64,000 nt of DNA, from assembly GCA_965222225.1 (NCBI GenBank), contig CBDCTK010000002.1:2144001-2208000 (forward strand), read 5' to 3'. Source of the stretch: Candidatus Poribacteria bacterium (GTDB lineage: Bacteria > Poribacteria > WGA-4E > JAJDTR01). The notes beneath the pieces are model-generated. The model was not told where the DNA came from, searched no databases, and was given only the letters and a program-made list of their open reading frames with translations. Below are positions 1 to 10,311 of this stretch, one piece after another. Made by a program: the position numbers and the translations under genes. Position 1 is the first letter of the stretch. Every line of letters begins with the position of its first letter.

Positions 1-2
1 TC

Positions 3-692
3 AACGCGGCAATCCATTCGACGAGCCGCGGTTCACAGGGCGTTGGATTTGCAATCCCGGTAAATACCGCAAGCCAGATAATCGAACTACTCGCTTCGTA
101 TGGAGCAGTCGTACCCCCATACCTCGGCATTGAAACACAGGCGTTGACACCGGAGTTGGCTGAAAAACTCGGTCTAGGCAATCGAATGGGAGTGTTGGTG
201 ACCTCAGTGGAAAAGGGCAGCCCCGCGAAAAACGCCGGTATCAAACGCAGTGACGTGATTGAAGCAGTCAATCAACAACCAACACCAAACCTGGCGGCGT
301 TCAATTCAATCACAAGGTTGCTGGAAAAAGATCAATCGGTTACAGTCCAACTCATCAGAAATCGGAATCGCAAAGATGTGGCACTCTCAATTCGCGAGCT
401 TCAGTGGTCGTACAACGTACCCGGTTGGGGAATCACTATTGAGCAATTGGACCGCGAAACTTCCCGGAAGTACCAGCAACGCGGGGTTCTCGTTACCAAA
501 GTCGATCGCCGTAGTACACTTGCGGAACTATTGGAGGAGAAGGATTTGCTCTACAGAATCAACGACTCGATAATCGGTTCAATCGAAGACTTCAAGCGCA
601 GTATCAATCAATTGCAACGGCAGCAACGGATTACGCTCTATTTTGAGCGAGATGGAGAGAGATTGGGATCGCGCAACTTAATAATCCAGTAG
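3..692 (+). CDS. HtrA/DegP-family serine protease, C-terminal part with two PDZ domains (5' truncated by window edge)
   Basis: Frame is open from position 3: NAAIHSTSRGSQGVGFAIPVN is the end of an HtrA protease domain, followed by PDZ-like segments (GVLVTSVEKGSPAKNAGIKRSDVI). Confidence 0.85.
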   Translation, partial: NAAIHSTSRGSQGVGFAIPVNTASQIIELLASYGAVVPPYLGIETQALTPELAEKLGLGNRMGVLVTSVEKGSPAKNAGIKRSDVIEAVNQQPTPNLAAFNSITRLLEKDQSVTVQLIRNRNRKDVALSIRELQWSYNVPGWGITIEQLDRETSRKYQQRGVLVTKVDRRSTLAELLEEKDLLYRINDSIIGSIEDFKRSINQLQRQQRITLYFERDGERLGSRNLIIQ

Positions 693-829
693 GGGTTTGT
701 ACTGTAGAATTGAGACGAAGGAAAGCTCTTTCTGTGAGTTAGCTTGAAATACGATTTATCGTTACAAAGGATGCTGGTGAGTCGACTACCGATGCTACAT
801 CGGAAAGCCCTGACGGATACTACAAAAAG

Positions 830-1558
830 GTGAAAAACATGCGCTTGCAACTGCCAACAATAATCGTGCTGTGCTTTGCCCTGGTCCTCATTGTTCCACT
901 TATCTATTTCATTGGAATAAAGGATGATGGAACAAGAGAAAGTATAAACCTACAAAGCGCCGAATTTAAGATGATGCGGACTCATGCGACGAATGCTTAC
1001 AACGCTAAGGATTACGAGAAAGCAATTGCACTTTACGAAGAAGCGATAACGATGCGGCCCGAAAATGCGGAAGTGCTTAACGACCTTGGTGCGACCTACT
1101 ACGCATACGGTTTGGAATATGGGGGGCCCAGTTGGCCGTCGTGGGAAAGCGACTTGGAAGGGAAAACGGTAACCGAAGGAATTGATGAACTGCAGAGCGC
1201 CGTCACACATACGGAATCAGGTTATATTCGGTTGAAGTCGGCAGATCGAAAAATGACCGAAGCAATAGAACAGAAGGCGAAAGAACTTGGTGCAATTGTT
1301 TACACCGAAATGTGGGAGGACCGAGCGACAATTGGTATTTTAATCGGCAAAACACAGCAATTCTTGATGAAAGCCCAAGACGCCTATGTGCGCGCCATTG
1401 AACTTAAACCAACCTATAGCCCGGCTTACCACAACCTTGGTTCTCTACTCATGAAGATAAATCGGACCGACTCCGCCGTCAATTATCTACGCCAAGCCCA
1501 CGACTTGGATCCACGCGACAAAAAGCTTGAACAATATCTTACACAGTTCAAGAGATGA
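830..1558 (+). CDS. Membrane-anchored tetratricopeptide-repeat protein
   Basis: N-terminal TM helix; TPR-like motifs (KAIALYEEAITMRPENAEVLNDLG; AIELKPTYSPAYHNLG). Confidence 0.75.
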   Translation: MKNMRLQLPTIIVLCFALVLIVPLIYFIGIKDDGTRESINLQSAEFKMMRTHATNAYNAKDYEKAIALYEEAITMRPENAEVLNDLGATYYAYGLEYGGPSWPSWESDLEGKTVTEGIDELQSAVTHTESGYIRLKSADRKMTEAIEQKAKELGAIVYTEMWEDRATIGILIGKTQQFLMKAQDAYVRAIELKPTYSPAYHNLGSLLMKINRTDSAVNYLRQAHDLDPRDKKLEQYLTQFKR

Positions 1559-1567
1559 TTCGAAACT

Positions 1568-2350
1568 ATGAGCGACGATTCTCAAAACAGCTTCCGGGTG
1601 CTGACAGTCGGAGGCATTTTTCGCGAGTCGCTTGTGCTCTACCGTGAGACGTGGACGCAGCTACTCGGCATTGTTGCGCCGTGCTCAATCATCAGCGCGG
1701 TGGTTTACTTTTTCATCTTCGGCCAGCAATCTAACCACACTCATACGTCTTCTGACCCCACAACTGGCCTGGCGATGCTGTCGTTTGTTGGGTTAGTGAT
1801 TTTCCTTTCTTACGCAGGAATAGCTCTTGGAACCATTATAATCTCAGAGCGTTTCTCGGGAGAAGCAGGTTCCATTGGTAAAGCATACCTGCGAATTGCC
1901 GATGTGTTTTTCCCATTACTAGGGACTTTGGCCTTCACATCAATAGCCATCGTCGCAGGATTATTCACACTCGTCATTCCGGGGCTGGTTGTGTACGGTT
2001 GGTTCTGTTTGGCGCCCGCAGTGGTTACGATTGAAGGTGAAGGCGGAATTGGCGCCCTCAAGAGAAGTTATGTGATTGTCAAGGGATATTGGAATAAGGC
2101 ATTCTTTGTCGTTGTACTATTGGCAATCCTGCAACTTATTGTTGCGTCGCTCATATTTTCGTTATCCAAGATGCTTGAGGTATTCGCCGGCATCACTGCA
2201 GTATCCGAGTTCCTATCCATCCTGTTGCCACTTCTCATTATCGAACCGTTCAAAATTGCTACAACAACCCTGTTGTATTATGACCTCCGCATCCGCAAAG
2301 AAGGATATACCATTCAGACCATGGCGGACGAAATCGGAGCGCTATCTTAA
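1568..2350 (+). CDS. Multi-pass membrane protein (GDPD membrane-domain-like family)
   Basis: Several hydrophobic helices; characteristic ALKRSY...KG and LLYYDLRIRKEG segments. Confidence 0.65.
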   Translation: MSDDSQNSFRVLTVGGIFRESLVLYRETWTQLLGIVAPCSIISAVVYFFIFGQQSNHTHTSSDPTTGLAMLSFVGLVIFLSYAGIALGTIIISERFSGEAGSIGKAYLRIADVFFPLLGTLAFTSIAIVAGLFTLVIPGLVVYGWFCLAPAVVTIEGEGGIGALKRSYVIVKGYWNKAFFVVVLLAILQLIVASLIFSLSKMLEVFAGITAVSEFLSILLPLLIIEPFKIATTTLLYYDLRIRKEGYTIQTMADEIGALS

Positions 2351-2510
2351 ATGTCGGTGCCGTTAGACTTTCCCGTTTCCATTATAACATACGTCCTATT
2401 GCCAACAACGTGTGGTATCACCCGCACGCATGGTGTCATCGGACCACTATCCATACCAGTCGCTATTATTCGTAATTAGCTTCAAAACGGTGGCTACCGG
2501 GGAGCGATGT

Positions 2511-5096
2511 ATGACCCATCAAAGCGCCAAGATGTTCCAGCTTCTTAGAAAACTCGTGGAGCGTTGCCGTGTCTGGCTGAGAGCGAAACGCCACAGAGAA
2601 GAGAAGCGGTCTCTGCTTAACAGCCTTAAGGAGTGTTTTGAACGAGACTTTCTTAACGCTTCCGACTTCTATCGCGCAAAGTGTACTGACCATATATCTG
2701 CTGAGGAGTATGAGACAGAAAAAACCAATTTCGTGCGTGCATGGGTTACGAATCTGTTGGACAACAGTCCAGACCCCGAGCAGGCGGCGGCTATCGGTGC
2801 TGTTGAAGGACATGTGCAAGTCGTGGCGCGCGCCGGGAGTGGCAAAACCACCACCTTGGTCAACCGTGCGCTGTTCCTACAACGACTCTGCGGAGTAAAG
2901 CCCGACGAGATGCTACTTCTTGCCTTCAATCGCAACGCGGCTGAGGAGATGCAGATGCGCCTCGCCTCATATCTGCAAGGTTCCATTCCCCACGTTATGA
3001 CCTTCCATGCCTTGGCTTATGCACTGACTCACCCTAAAGCAATAATTGTTGACGAGCCTGATGGAGAGCAGAACCAAGAGCGTGCCTTGCAAGACGAGAT
3101 TGACCAATACCTGCGGGCTTCCAAGAATGTCGATAAGATTCGTCCATTGATGATGGCGCACTTCCGATCCGACTGGGGACGCATCGTTTCAGGCGGCTAC
3201 AATAGGCCTCCTGAAGAGATGATGCGTTTTCGTCGATCATTGCCTCATGAAACACTTGATGGGAAATACGTTAAATCGTCTGGAGAAAAAGTTATCGCCA
3301 ACTTCCTGTTTGAACACGACATTAGGTACCAATATGAGCGGAATTTCTGGTGGAACGATGTCAATTATCGTCCTGACTTTACCATTTTCACCGGAGAAAA
3401 CAGTGGAATGGTCATCGAATACATCGGACTTGAAGGCGATCCCGACTACGATGCTATGTCGGAGGAAAAACGCAGTTACTGGCATAACAAGCCCGATTGG
3501 GAGTTGTTAGAGTTTTTCCCGCATAACCTCGAAAACGACGGAGAGGAAGGGTTTTGCGCTCTACTGAAACAAGAACTTGAATCCTGTGGTATTTCGTGCG
3601 CTCGACTCAGCGAGGAAGAATTATGGAATCTGATTAAAGACCGTGCCATAGATCGTTTCACGAGAGTAGTAAAGCGCTTCATACAGCGGGCGCGAAAACT
3701 CTCCTTGACACCGGAGGAACTCTCGGAAATGGTAAATAACCACGAATGTACTAATGAGGTAGAGCGGCAATTCTTAAATGTCGCACAAGAGTTTTATGCC
3801 GCTTATCTCCAGCACATCAAAGCGACGGGAAAGCAGGATTTTGACGGACTCCTCCAAGAAGCGGCGCGGCAGGTTGTGAACGGTGCAACCGTATTTCGGC
3901 GAAAAACCGGCATTGGCGGCCTCAGGAAGATGCGCCATGTGCTTATTGACGAATATCAAGATTTCTCGGAACTTTTCCATCGTCTGATGATGGCGGTTCG
4001 AGAACAGAATCCTCAAGCACGCTTTTTCTGTGTTGGTGACGATTGGCAAGCCATTAACGGCTTTGCCGGTTCCGACCTTCGTTTCTTCCAAGATTTCACA
4101 CAATATTTCCCGGATTCTCGCATGTTACATGTGGCAACCAATTACCGGTCCGGAAAATCAATCGTCAATGTCGGCAATGCATTGATGAAAGGCTCCGGCA
4201 AACCTGCCCGTGCGCAAAAAAAAATGACTGGGCAGGTAGAAATTGTCGACCTTGTCACCTTTAAACCAACTCTGCGAGAGGAACGAGAACACCCGGGAGA
4301 TCACTTTACTCCCGCCGTATTGCGTCTAGTGAACAAGGCTCTCGCGAGCGACAAGAACATTGTCTTGCTTGCCCGTAAAAATCACCTGCCTTGGTACATA
4401 GATTATAAAGATCAGGAAAATTCATCAATTAAAAGTGGCCTCGACTGCTTCCTTGCAATGGTACGTGCGTTTCTTCCTGAGGAACACAAGGCAAAAGTCA
4501 CTGCATCAACGGTCCACAGCTACAAGGGCCTTGAACAGGATGTCGTTATCGTACTTGACGCCGTGCAGCATTGTTTTCCATTACTACATTCCGAGTTGAT
4601 TTTTACCCGCATTTTCGGCGACAACCTTGAGAAAGTCACCGCCGAAGAGCGTCGTCTTTTTTATGTGGCGTTGACCCGGGCCGTTGAAGATTTGTTTATT
4701 CTGACAGAAACAGGGGATGTTTCTCCATTTCTTGAGGATTTGGAAAAATACATTAGACTCTCCAAGCTAAAATGGTCGGATTATCCCCCGATGGTGGGTG
4801 AAATGAAGTATTTCGCCATCCGGATAGGCAATCAATACGGACGTGGCCCCAAGCCCACTATGGCAATCAGGGAATTGCTCAAAGCTGAAGGATACCGTTG
4901 GGACAATAAATTGAAGACATGGTACATTATGCGTCCTGCGGAGGGGTTTTCAATAAAGGATTTCGCTGATCAGAGTGGCTGGAGTGATTCTGCTGCTGGA
5001 ATCGAGGTGCAGTTCTGTGACGATTTGGACAACGAGATTGCAAGATACAACGTCGATCACGGAAAATGGCGATGTATCAGTGGCGATATTTCATGA
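2511..5096 (+). CDS. UvrD/helicase IV (HelD)-like SF1 helicase with inserted PD-(D/E)xK-like domain
   Basis: Walker A ARAGSGKTT, LAFNR, TFHAL, DEYQD, VGDDWQAINGFAGS, NYRS, TVHSYKGLE, EERRLFYVALTRA; insert KSSGEKVIANFL...RPDFTI...IEYIG. Start at ATG 2511 is inferred. Confidence 0.85.
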   Translation: MTHQSAKMFQLLRKLVERCRVWLRAKRHREEKRSLLNSLKECFERDFLNASDFYRAKCTDHISAEEYETEKTNFVRAWVTNLLDNSPDPEQAAAIGAVEGHVQVVARAGSGKTTTLVNRALFLQRLCGVKPDEMLLLAFNRNAAEEMQMRLASYLQGSIPHVMTFHALAYALTHPKAIIVDEPDGEQNQERALQDEIDQYLRASKNVDKIRPLMMAHFRSDWGRIVSGGYNRPPEEMMRFRRSLPHETLDGKYVKSSGEKVIANFLFEHDIRYQYERNFWWNDVNYRPDFTIFTGENSGMVIEYIGLEGDPDYDAMSEEKRSYWHNKPDWELLEFFPHNLENDGEEGFCALLKQELESCGISCARLSEEELWNLIKDRAIDRFTRVVKRFIQRARKLSLTPEELSEMVNNHECTNEVERQFLNVAQEFYAAYLQHIKATGKQDFDGLLQEAARQVVNGATVFRRKTGIGGLRKMRHVLIDEYQDFSELFHRLMMAVREQNPQARFFCVGDDWQAINGFAGSDLRFFQDFTQYFPDSRMLHVATNYRSGKSIVNVGNALMKGSGKPARAQKKMTGQVEIVDLVTFKPTLREEREHPGDHFTPAVLRLVNKALASDKNIVLLARKNHLPWYIDYKDQENSSIKSGLDCFLAMVRAFLPEEHKAKVTASTVHSYKGLEQDVVIVLDAVQHCFPLLHSELIFTRIFGDNLEKVTAEERRLFYVALTRAVEDLFILTETGDVSPFLEDLEKYIRLSKLKWSDYPPMVGEMKYFAIRIGNQYGRGPKPTMAIRELLKAEGYRWDNKLKTWYIMRPAEGFSIKDFADQSGWSDSAAGIEVQFCDDLDNEIARYNVDHGKWRCISGDIS

Positions 5097-5198
5097 ATCT
5101 CTCATCGGACACTTAATTGCTGCAATCTGGGATTTGTAAGAATCGGACGACAAACCGACACGTTAAGTGCAAACAAGAAACCTCGTCTTGTTCCTTTG

Positions 5199-5477
5199 GA
5201 GCCTTTTTGAAATGTACATCTGTAGGGTGCGATTAACGGAGCGAAAAGCGACTGCGATAGAGATCTCCTGCGATCCAGCGACTGGATAAGGAGCGCGATA
5301 GAACTCTTACCAGCCTCTAAAAGCCCCCACGGGGCGGAAGGTGTATAGAAACGCCAGAACCCCGTGCACCTAAGCCCCAGCGGGGCGACAGGTACGTAGC
5401 ATACAACAATAAATTCATGAATAAACTTCCTATAAAAGACCAAAAATTGCTCTGCTACCGATTATTCAAACAAAATC
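5199..5477. mobile_element. IS5-like MITE (non-autonomous) containing REP-like hairpins and two 35-bp units
   Basis: Left end GAGCCTTTTTGAAA and right end TTCAAACAAAATC resemble the ends at 46435-46716 and 51195-51369. Confidence 0.55.
5231..5306 (+). repeat. Two copies of the 35-bp GA-hairpin unit (5231-5265, 5272-5306)
   Basis: GATTAACGGAGCGAAAAGCGACTGCGATAGAGATC and GATCCAGCGACTGGATAAGGAGCGCGATAGAACTC. Confidence 0.85.
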
Positions 5478-5569
5478 TTAGGCGTTCGTTGTCCGAACAT
5501 TATTGGGAGCTACATGGTGGCCAAAGAGCATAGGAGTTCATAGATGTTGACATCAGGAGACTGCGTTTG

Positions 5570-6928
5570 ATGGATACGAACTCCAAACTATCACGGTTAC
5601 TTGAGACACTCGTGAATCGTTGGAACTCCTGGGATGAGTATAGCGAATACTATATTGAATTAGCTATCAAACTAGTGGCAAATCCTGACGCGTCGTCCAT
5701 TACGTGGGAAAAAAAGTTGTTCCGTGAAATGAAGCGGGAACTTGCTCCAGAGGATCTGAAAAACCTGGGAAAATACATTCAACAGTCCTTATCTGCAGTT
5801 CGGTATGCCGAGAAAAAACGCCGAGAAGCAGTACGCCGCAGAGAGGAAGCACTCAAGCGCGAACAGGAGCGTGCTGCGAAAAAACGTCGAGACAGGGAAC
5901 GCTTGTTGAAGAAGCAGCGCCAGGAAGCAGCGTACCGAAGAAGTTTAGCACGAAAACACGAACGAGAACGTGCTGAGAAAGAACGTCAGGAACGAGCTCG
6001 TCGAGAAAATGAAAAACGCGGGTTGCTAAAGAATCTGAAGGAGCATTTTGAACAAGACTTCCTCAACGCTGACCGCTTCTATCAAGATCGATGTACCAAT
6101 CACATATCGTTTGAGGAGTATGAGACTGAAAAAATCACCTTTGTGCAATCTTGGGCGGAAAATTATAGTTTAGACCCGATGCCAGACGAGGAACAAGCGG
6201 CGGCAATTAGCGCTGTCGAAGGTAATATTCAAGTAGTAGCTCGGGCAGGCAGCGGCAAGACGGCGACCTTGGTCAACCGTGCGCTGTTCTTGCAGGAGCA
6301 CTGTGGCGTATCGCCTGACCAGATGTTACTCTTGGCGTTTAATCGTAAGGCTGCGTATGAGATGCGAGATCGCATTGCTTCATTCGTACAAGAATCTACG
6401 CCTCACGTAATGACGTTTCATGCACTAGCTTTTGCGATGGTTCAACCTGAAAAGATCCTATTAGACGAACCTGATGGCGAACAGAGCCAAAGCCGCGTTC
6501 TGCAAGGCGTGGTTGACAGCTATTTACGCAATCCTGTCTATTACGACAGGATTCGTGATTTGATGATGAAACACTTTCGCACCGACTGGGAACGTATTGT
6601 CTCAGGTGGGTACGATAGAACGCTGAACGAGATGCTGCGCTATCGCCGGTCGTTGCGCTGTGAAACGCTTGATGGCAAGCCCGTGAAATCGTATGGCGAA
6701 AAAGCTATTGCGAACTTCCTATTTGAACACAGCATCAAATACAAATATGAACCGCTTTTCTGGTGGGGCCCGAAAAAACGCCACCCTTACCATCCAGACT
6801 TCACTATACCTCGTTATAAGGTGGCAATTGAATACTTTGGTCTTAGTGGTAATCCTGGTTATGACAAGATGTCCGAGGAAAAGCGCAATTATTGGCGAAA
6901 TAAACCTAACTGGCGACTACTTGATTAC
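5570..6928 (+). pseudogene. Second UvrD/helicase IV-like paralog, 3'-truncated by IS1595
   Basis: Highly similar to 2511-5096 (VVARAGSGKT, LLLAFNR, KSYGEKAIANFLFEH) but homology ends at WRLLDY, exactly at the IS left end. Lacks Walker B and the C-terminal motifs. Confidence 0.85.
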
Positions 6929-8176
6929 GGAATTAGTAGCTTGTAGCTTTTAGACTGACGACAAACATAAAACTTGGTACCCTGTCGTAAATCTTTTCGT
7001 CACACGTAGATGTCCATAGTGACTATTCTTCTCGTAGGAGTTTGCTATGGACATTTTGAATCTTATGAAAGAGTTTCCAAATCAAGAATCTTGTCTCAGA
7101 TTTATAGAGGAAAAACGTTGGAAGGACGGTGTTTGCTGTATCCACTGTGGCAGTGAAAAAGTTGGACGCAAGAACAAAAACGACATTACTACTGGTTGGA
7201 ATTGCTACGATTGTGAATCTAGCTTTTCGGCTACAGCAGGAACCATCTTCCATGGTACCAAGATACCTCTCCAGAAATGGTTTTTGGCTATCTCAATTCT
7301 TTCCAATGCCAAGAAAAGCATATCGAGTTGTCAGCTTGCTCGTGACTTGGACATGAATCAAAAGTCCGCTTGGTATATGGCAATGCGCCTCCGTGAGAAA
7401 ATGAGTGATAGTGATGAATTGCTGAAAGGGATAGTTGAAGCGGACGAAACCTATGTCGGCGGCAAACCCAGAGCAAAATCTAAGAGAGGTAGAGGCACAA
7501 ATAAATCTCCCGTCATCGGCGTAGTCGAGAGAGGCGGTCGGGTGGTTGCTAAATTCATGAAGGTTCTATCTGGTGAAAATATCAGAGAATTCATCCTTAG
7601 CAATGTCTCACCCGATGAGTCTATTCTTATGACTGATGAATTTCGCTCTTACAATAGTCTGGACGAAGATATCGAAAGACATGTTATCCATCACCAAGAG
7701 AGATATGTTTCTGAGGACGGCGTAACTCACACCAACACCATCGAGTCGTTTTGGGCTTGTGTCAAGAGGTCATTCTACGGAACGCATCATCACTACAGCA
7801 AGAAGTGGCTGCCACTGTATATCATGGAGTCTTGCTGGAAATATAATCGCAGAAAAGATGATGAGATTTTCATAAGATTTTTTGATGAATGCTTCACCTG
7901 AGCCACATGAATTGTTTGGCTATCGGTATATTCTGTCAACGACAACATCATGGTGTGCTGAAAATCCCATAGTGTTGGAAATTAAAATCCCGCAGATAAC
8001 CCGCAATGCTCCCGCGAGCATGTACAAACGCTTGGTCAACATGATATGCCTCCATTTCTCTCTTATAGAGATGTATTTTAGTGTGAATCAAGATTCCGAA
8101 CACTGTCTAAAATGATTGTACATTAAGAAGAGAAAAGCAAGCAAATCGACCAAAAAGCAGTTAACTACTAAGTCCC
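6928..8176 (+). mobile_element. IS1595-family insertion sequence (~1.25 kb)
   Basis: Imperfect 26-bp terminal inverted repeats: CGGAATTAGTAGCTTGTAGCTTTTAG vs reverse complement of the right end GGGACTTAGTAGTTAACTGCTTTTTG (18/26 by eye). AT-richer than the flanks; encloses the transposase. Confidence 0.8.
7047..7901 (+). CDS. IS1595-family DDE transposase
   Basis: Zn ribbon CIHC...CYDC, GTIFHGTKIPLQKWF, EADETYVGG, TDEFRSY, HTNTIESFW; AGGAG RBS. Confidence 0.95.
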   Translation: MDILNLMKEFPNQESCLRFIEEKRWKDGVCCIHCGSEKVGRKNKNDITTGWNCYDCESSFSATAGTIFHGTKIPLQKWFLAISILSNAKKSISSCQLARDLDMNQKSAWYMAMRLREKMSDSDELLKGIVEADETYVGGKPRAKSKRGRGTNKSPVIGVVERGGRVVAKFMKVLSGENIREFILSNVSPDESILMTDEFRSYNSLDEDIERHVIHHQERYVSEDGVTHTNTIESFWACVKRSFYGTHHHYSKKWLPLYIMESCWKYNRRKDDEIFIRFFDECFT

Positions 8177-8749
8177 AACTTGCATCGTCTGTGGCTTCCA
8201 CATACGTAATCGAGACAATCAACCGGTTGGAGACTGCGGGTATCCCCTTGCCGGTGGTAAGTTGCGTAGATACCGGACACCTTTTCCAAATTCATGAAAT
8301 TCCGCAGATGACGGAACTGTGCGTTGGGGCGTATGCGTTATTCGATTATTCTCACGTGTGCCGAAATGAATGCACACTTGCGGACTGCGCGCTGGTAGTC
8401 TTAGCGACCGTGATTGACACGCCGAGCAAGAATCTGGCAATTGTGAATGCCGGGACGAAAACTTTTACCAAGACTCATCCCATGCATACCGATTGGCTAC
8501 CAGCACCGTCTTGTCCTCTAGCTGGAGATAAGGCTGGGGAAGGTGTTCGGTGTGACCAAAAATAGCACTAGCGCGACGCTCTGTCATCTGACGGAAGCGT
8601 ACGGACATCTAAGCATGACGGACAATCAATTTATGGTTGGGGAGAAAGTGTGTATCATTCCGGCAAATTTAGAAGCAACAATCAGTGCTCACGACACATT
8701 TGCCTTTGTTCAAGACGATCGTGTGCTGGAGATATTGCCAATTCTGTAG
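8177..8749 (+). pseudogene. 5'-truncated, frameshifted D-threonine aldolase/DSD1-like PLP enzyme (alanine racemase fold)
   Basis: TELCVGAYALFD..CALVVLATVI..AIVNAGTK, then in another frame LTEAYGHL..VGEKVCIIPAN..HD, matches the C-terminal half of this family. The N-terminus is replaced by the IS. Confidence 0.7.
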
Positions 8750-8818
8750 TAGGCGCGCCTTGCTGTTGAAAGAGACTAAAGATGTAGAAGACAACCCGGA
8801 CGTAAAGGATAATCCTAT

Positions 8819-8846
8819 GTAGGGAATAACAATTGTTATTCCCTAC
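8819..8846. repeat. GTAG-type REP palindrome
   Basis: Perfect 28-bp palindrome GTAGGGAATAACAATTGTTATTCCCTAC. Confidence 0.8.
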
Positions 8847-8899
8847 TGAAAGCAAAGAATACTCACAGCTCTGCCGCAGGTGTATGTCACAGGATTTGC

Positions 8900-8928
8900 T
8901 TGCATCTCACTAAGTCTTGTGCTAAAAT
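8900..8928 (+). promoter_or_regulatory. sigma70-like promoter for the yebC-ruv operon
   Basis: TTGCAT-17 bp-TAAAAT with an extended TG; AGGAGG RBS downstream. Confidence 0.6.
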
Positions 8929-8961
8929 ACGCATGGTTTCTAGTACGAAGGAGGAATGGTA

Positions 8962-9708
8962 ATGTCAGGACACTCTAAATGGTCGTCAATCAAGCATAAA
9001 AAGGCGGCGAACGATTCCAAGCGCGGCAAACTCTTTTCAAAGTTGATTAAGGAAATCACTGTTGCAGTTCGTGCCGGTGGGGCTGATCCCGAAGTAAACC
9101 CGCGCCTGCGTACCGCCATCTCAACCGCGAAATCAAGTAACGTACCGAACGATAACATTGAAAAGGCGATTTTACGTGGAACAGGTGAGCTTGAAGGCGT
9201 TGACTATGAAGAGATTACTTACGAAGGATATGGACCTGGCGGAATTGCCTTAATGATTGAGGTATTGACGGACAATCGGAACCGAGCAGTCGCTGAAGTG
9301 AGACTCGCCCTGACGAAGCATGGGGGAAGCATGGGAGAACGCGGGTGTGTGTCTTGGATGTTCGAGACACGGGGTCTAATCGCAGTTGACAAAGAAAGCA
9401 CCGATGAGGATGAGCTCTTTATGGTTGTGGCGGAAGCTGGCGCGGACGACATAACGCCGTTGGGGAACACAATTGAGATTATTACGCCGTTTGATGCGTT
9501 TGACAGCGTACGAACAGCGGTTGAAGAAGCGGGTATCCAGATTGAAGTCGCCGAAATAAGCATGATTCCGCAAAATATGGTAGAACTCGCGGTTAAAGAA
9601 GCCGGGCAAGTGGTACGTTTGATGGAGGCATTGGAGGACAGCGATGATGTCCAGAAGGTCTACGCAAATTTCGATATTCCGGACGAAATCCTAGAGGCCG
9701 CCGCATAA
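8962..9708 (+). CDS. yebC: YebC/PmpR-family DNA-binding protein
   Basis: MSGHSKWSSIKHKK, YEGYGPGG, TDNRNR, LEDSDDVQKVYAN; upstream of ruvC. Confidence 0.95.
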   Translation: MSGHSKWSSIKHKKAANDSKRGKLFSKLIKEITVAVRAGGADPEVNPRLRTAISTAKSSNVPNDNIEKAILRGTGELEGVDYEEITYEGYGPGGIALMIEVLTDNRNRAVAEVRLALTKHGGSMGERGCVSWMFETRGLIAVDKESTDEDELFMVVAEAGADDITPLGNTIEIITPFDAFDSVRTAVEEAGIQIEVAEISMIPQNMVELAVKEAGQVVRLMEALEDSDDVQKVYANFDIPDEILEAAA

Positions 9709-9801
9709 TCCTTATCCTCAACGTCAACGAAAAACTTTTCTCGCTGCCATTTCGATTCCCGGCCGCAAATTTGCGGACTGAGACCTACAGCAGAACTTAA
9801 T

Positions 9802-10311
9802 TTGATTATACTTGGAATAGACCTCGGCGTTGCAAATACCGGATACGGGATTGTTGAAGCGCATCACGGCAAAGTTCAACTTCTCGATTTTGGCAACATT
9901 AAAACAGAGAGTAAAACCAAGTCACCTCATCGTTTGAAGAAGATTTACGATGAGGTGATCCATTTAGTGGAGCAGTATCAGCCGGAATTCTTGGTGTTGG
10001 AGGATGTCTTTTTCAGCAAGAATGTGAGCAGCGCATTTGCCGTGGGAGAAACAAAGGGCATTGTCAAGTTAGCGGCTGCCAACACCGATTGTGAGGTTTT
10101 CACCTATACACCCGCCGAAATCAAACAGGCTGTTACCGGGTACGGCAACGCCAACAAGGTGCAGATCCAGAAAATGGTTCAGGTGCTGCTCAGGCTAACA
10201 GAAGTTCCTCACCCCGATCACGCCGCAGACGCACTTGCACTAGCAATCTGTCACGCCCGCTCCTATAAGATACTCCAACTGCGCGGAAAATATGAGAGGC
10301 GCTCCCCATGA
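9802..10311 (+). CDS. ruvC: Holliday junction resolvase RuvC
   Basis: ILGIDLG..TGYG, LEDVFF, IKQAVTGYGNA, DHAADALALAICH. Confidence 0.95.
   Translation: MIILGIDLGVANTGYGIVEAHHGKVQLLDFGNIKTESKTKSPHRLKKIYDEVIHLVEQYQPEFLVLEDVFFSKNVSSAFAVGETKGIVKLAAANTDCEVFTYTPAEIKQAVTGYGNANKVQIQKMVQVLLRLTEVPHPDHAADALALAICHARSYKILQLRGKYERRSP

Noticed and set aside
5102-5443. ORFs over repeat regions (5102-5443, 12025-12216, 36806-37018, 40510-40840, 51036-51361, 61381-61790)
   Set aside because: Translations of REP, MITE and 35-bp unit sequence (recurring IALTIRSFDR-like peptides) with no RBS or protein motifs.
8116-8176. N-terminus of the 149-aa ORF 8116-8565
   Set aside because: It is read from the IS right end and is not part of the PLP-enzyme gene.
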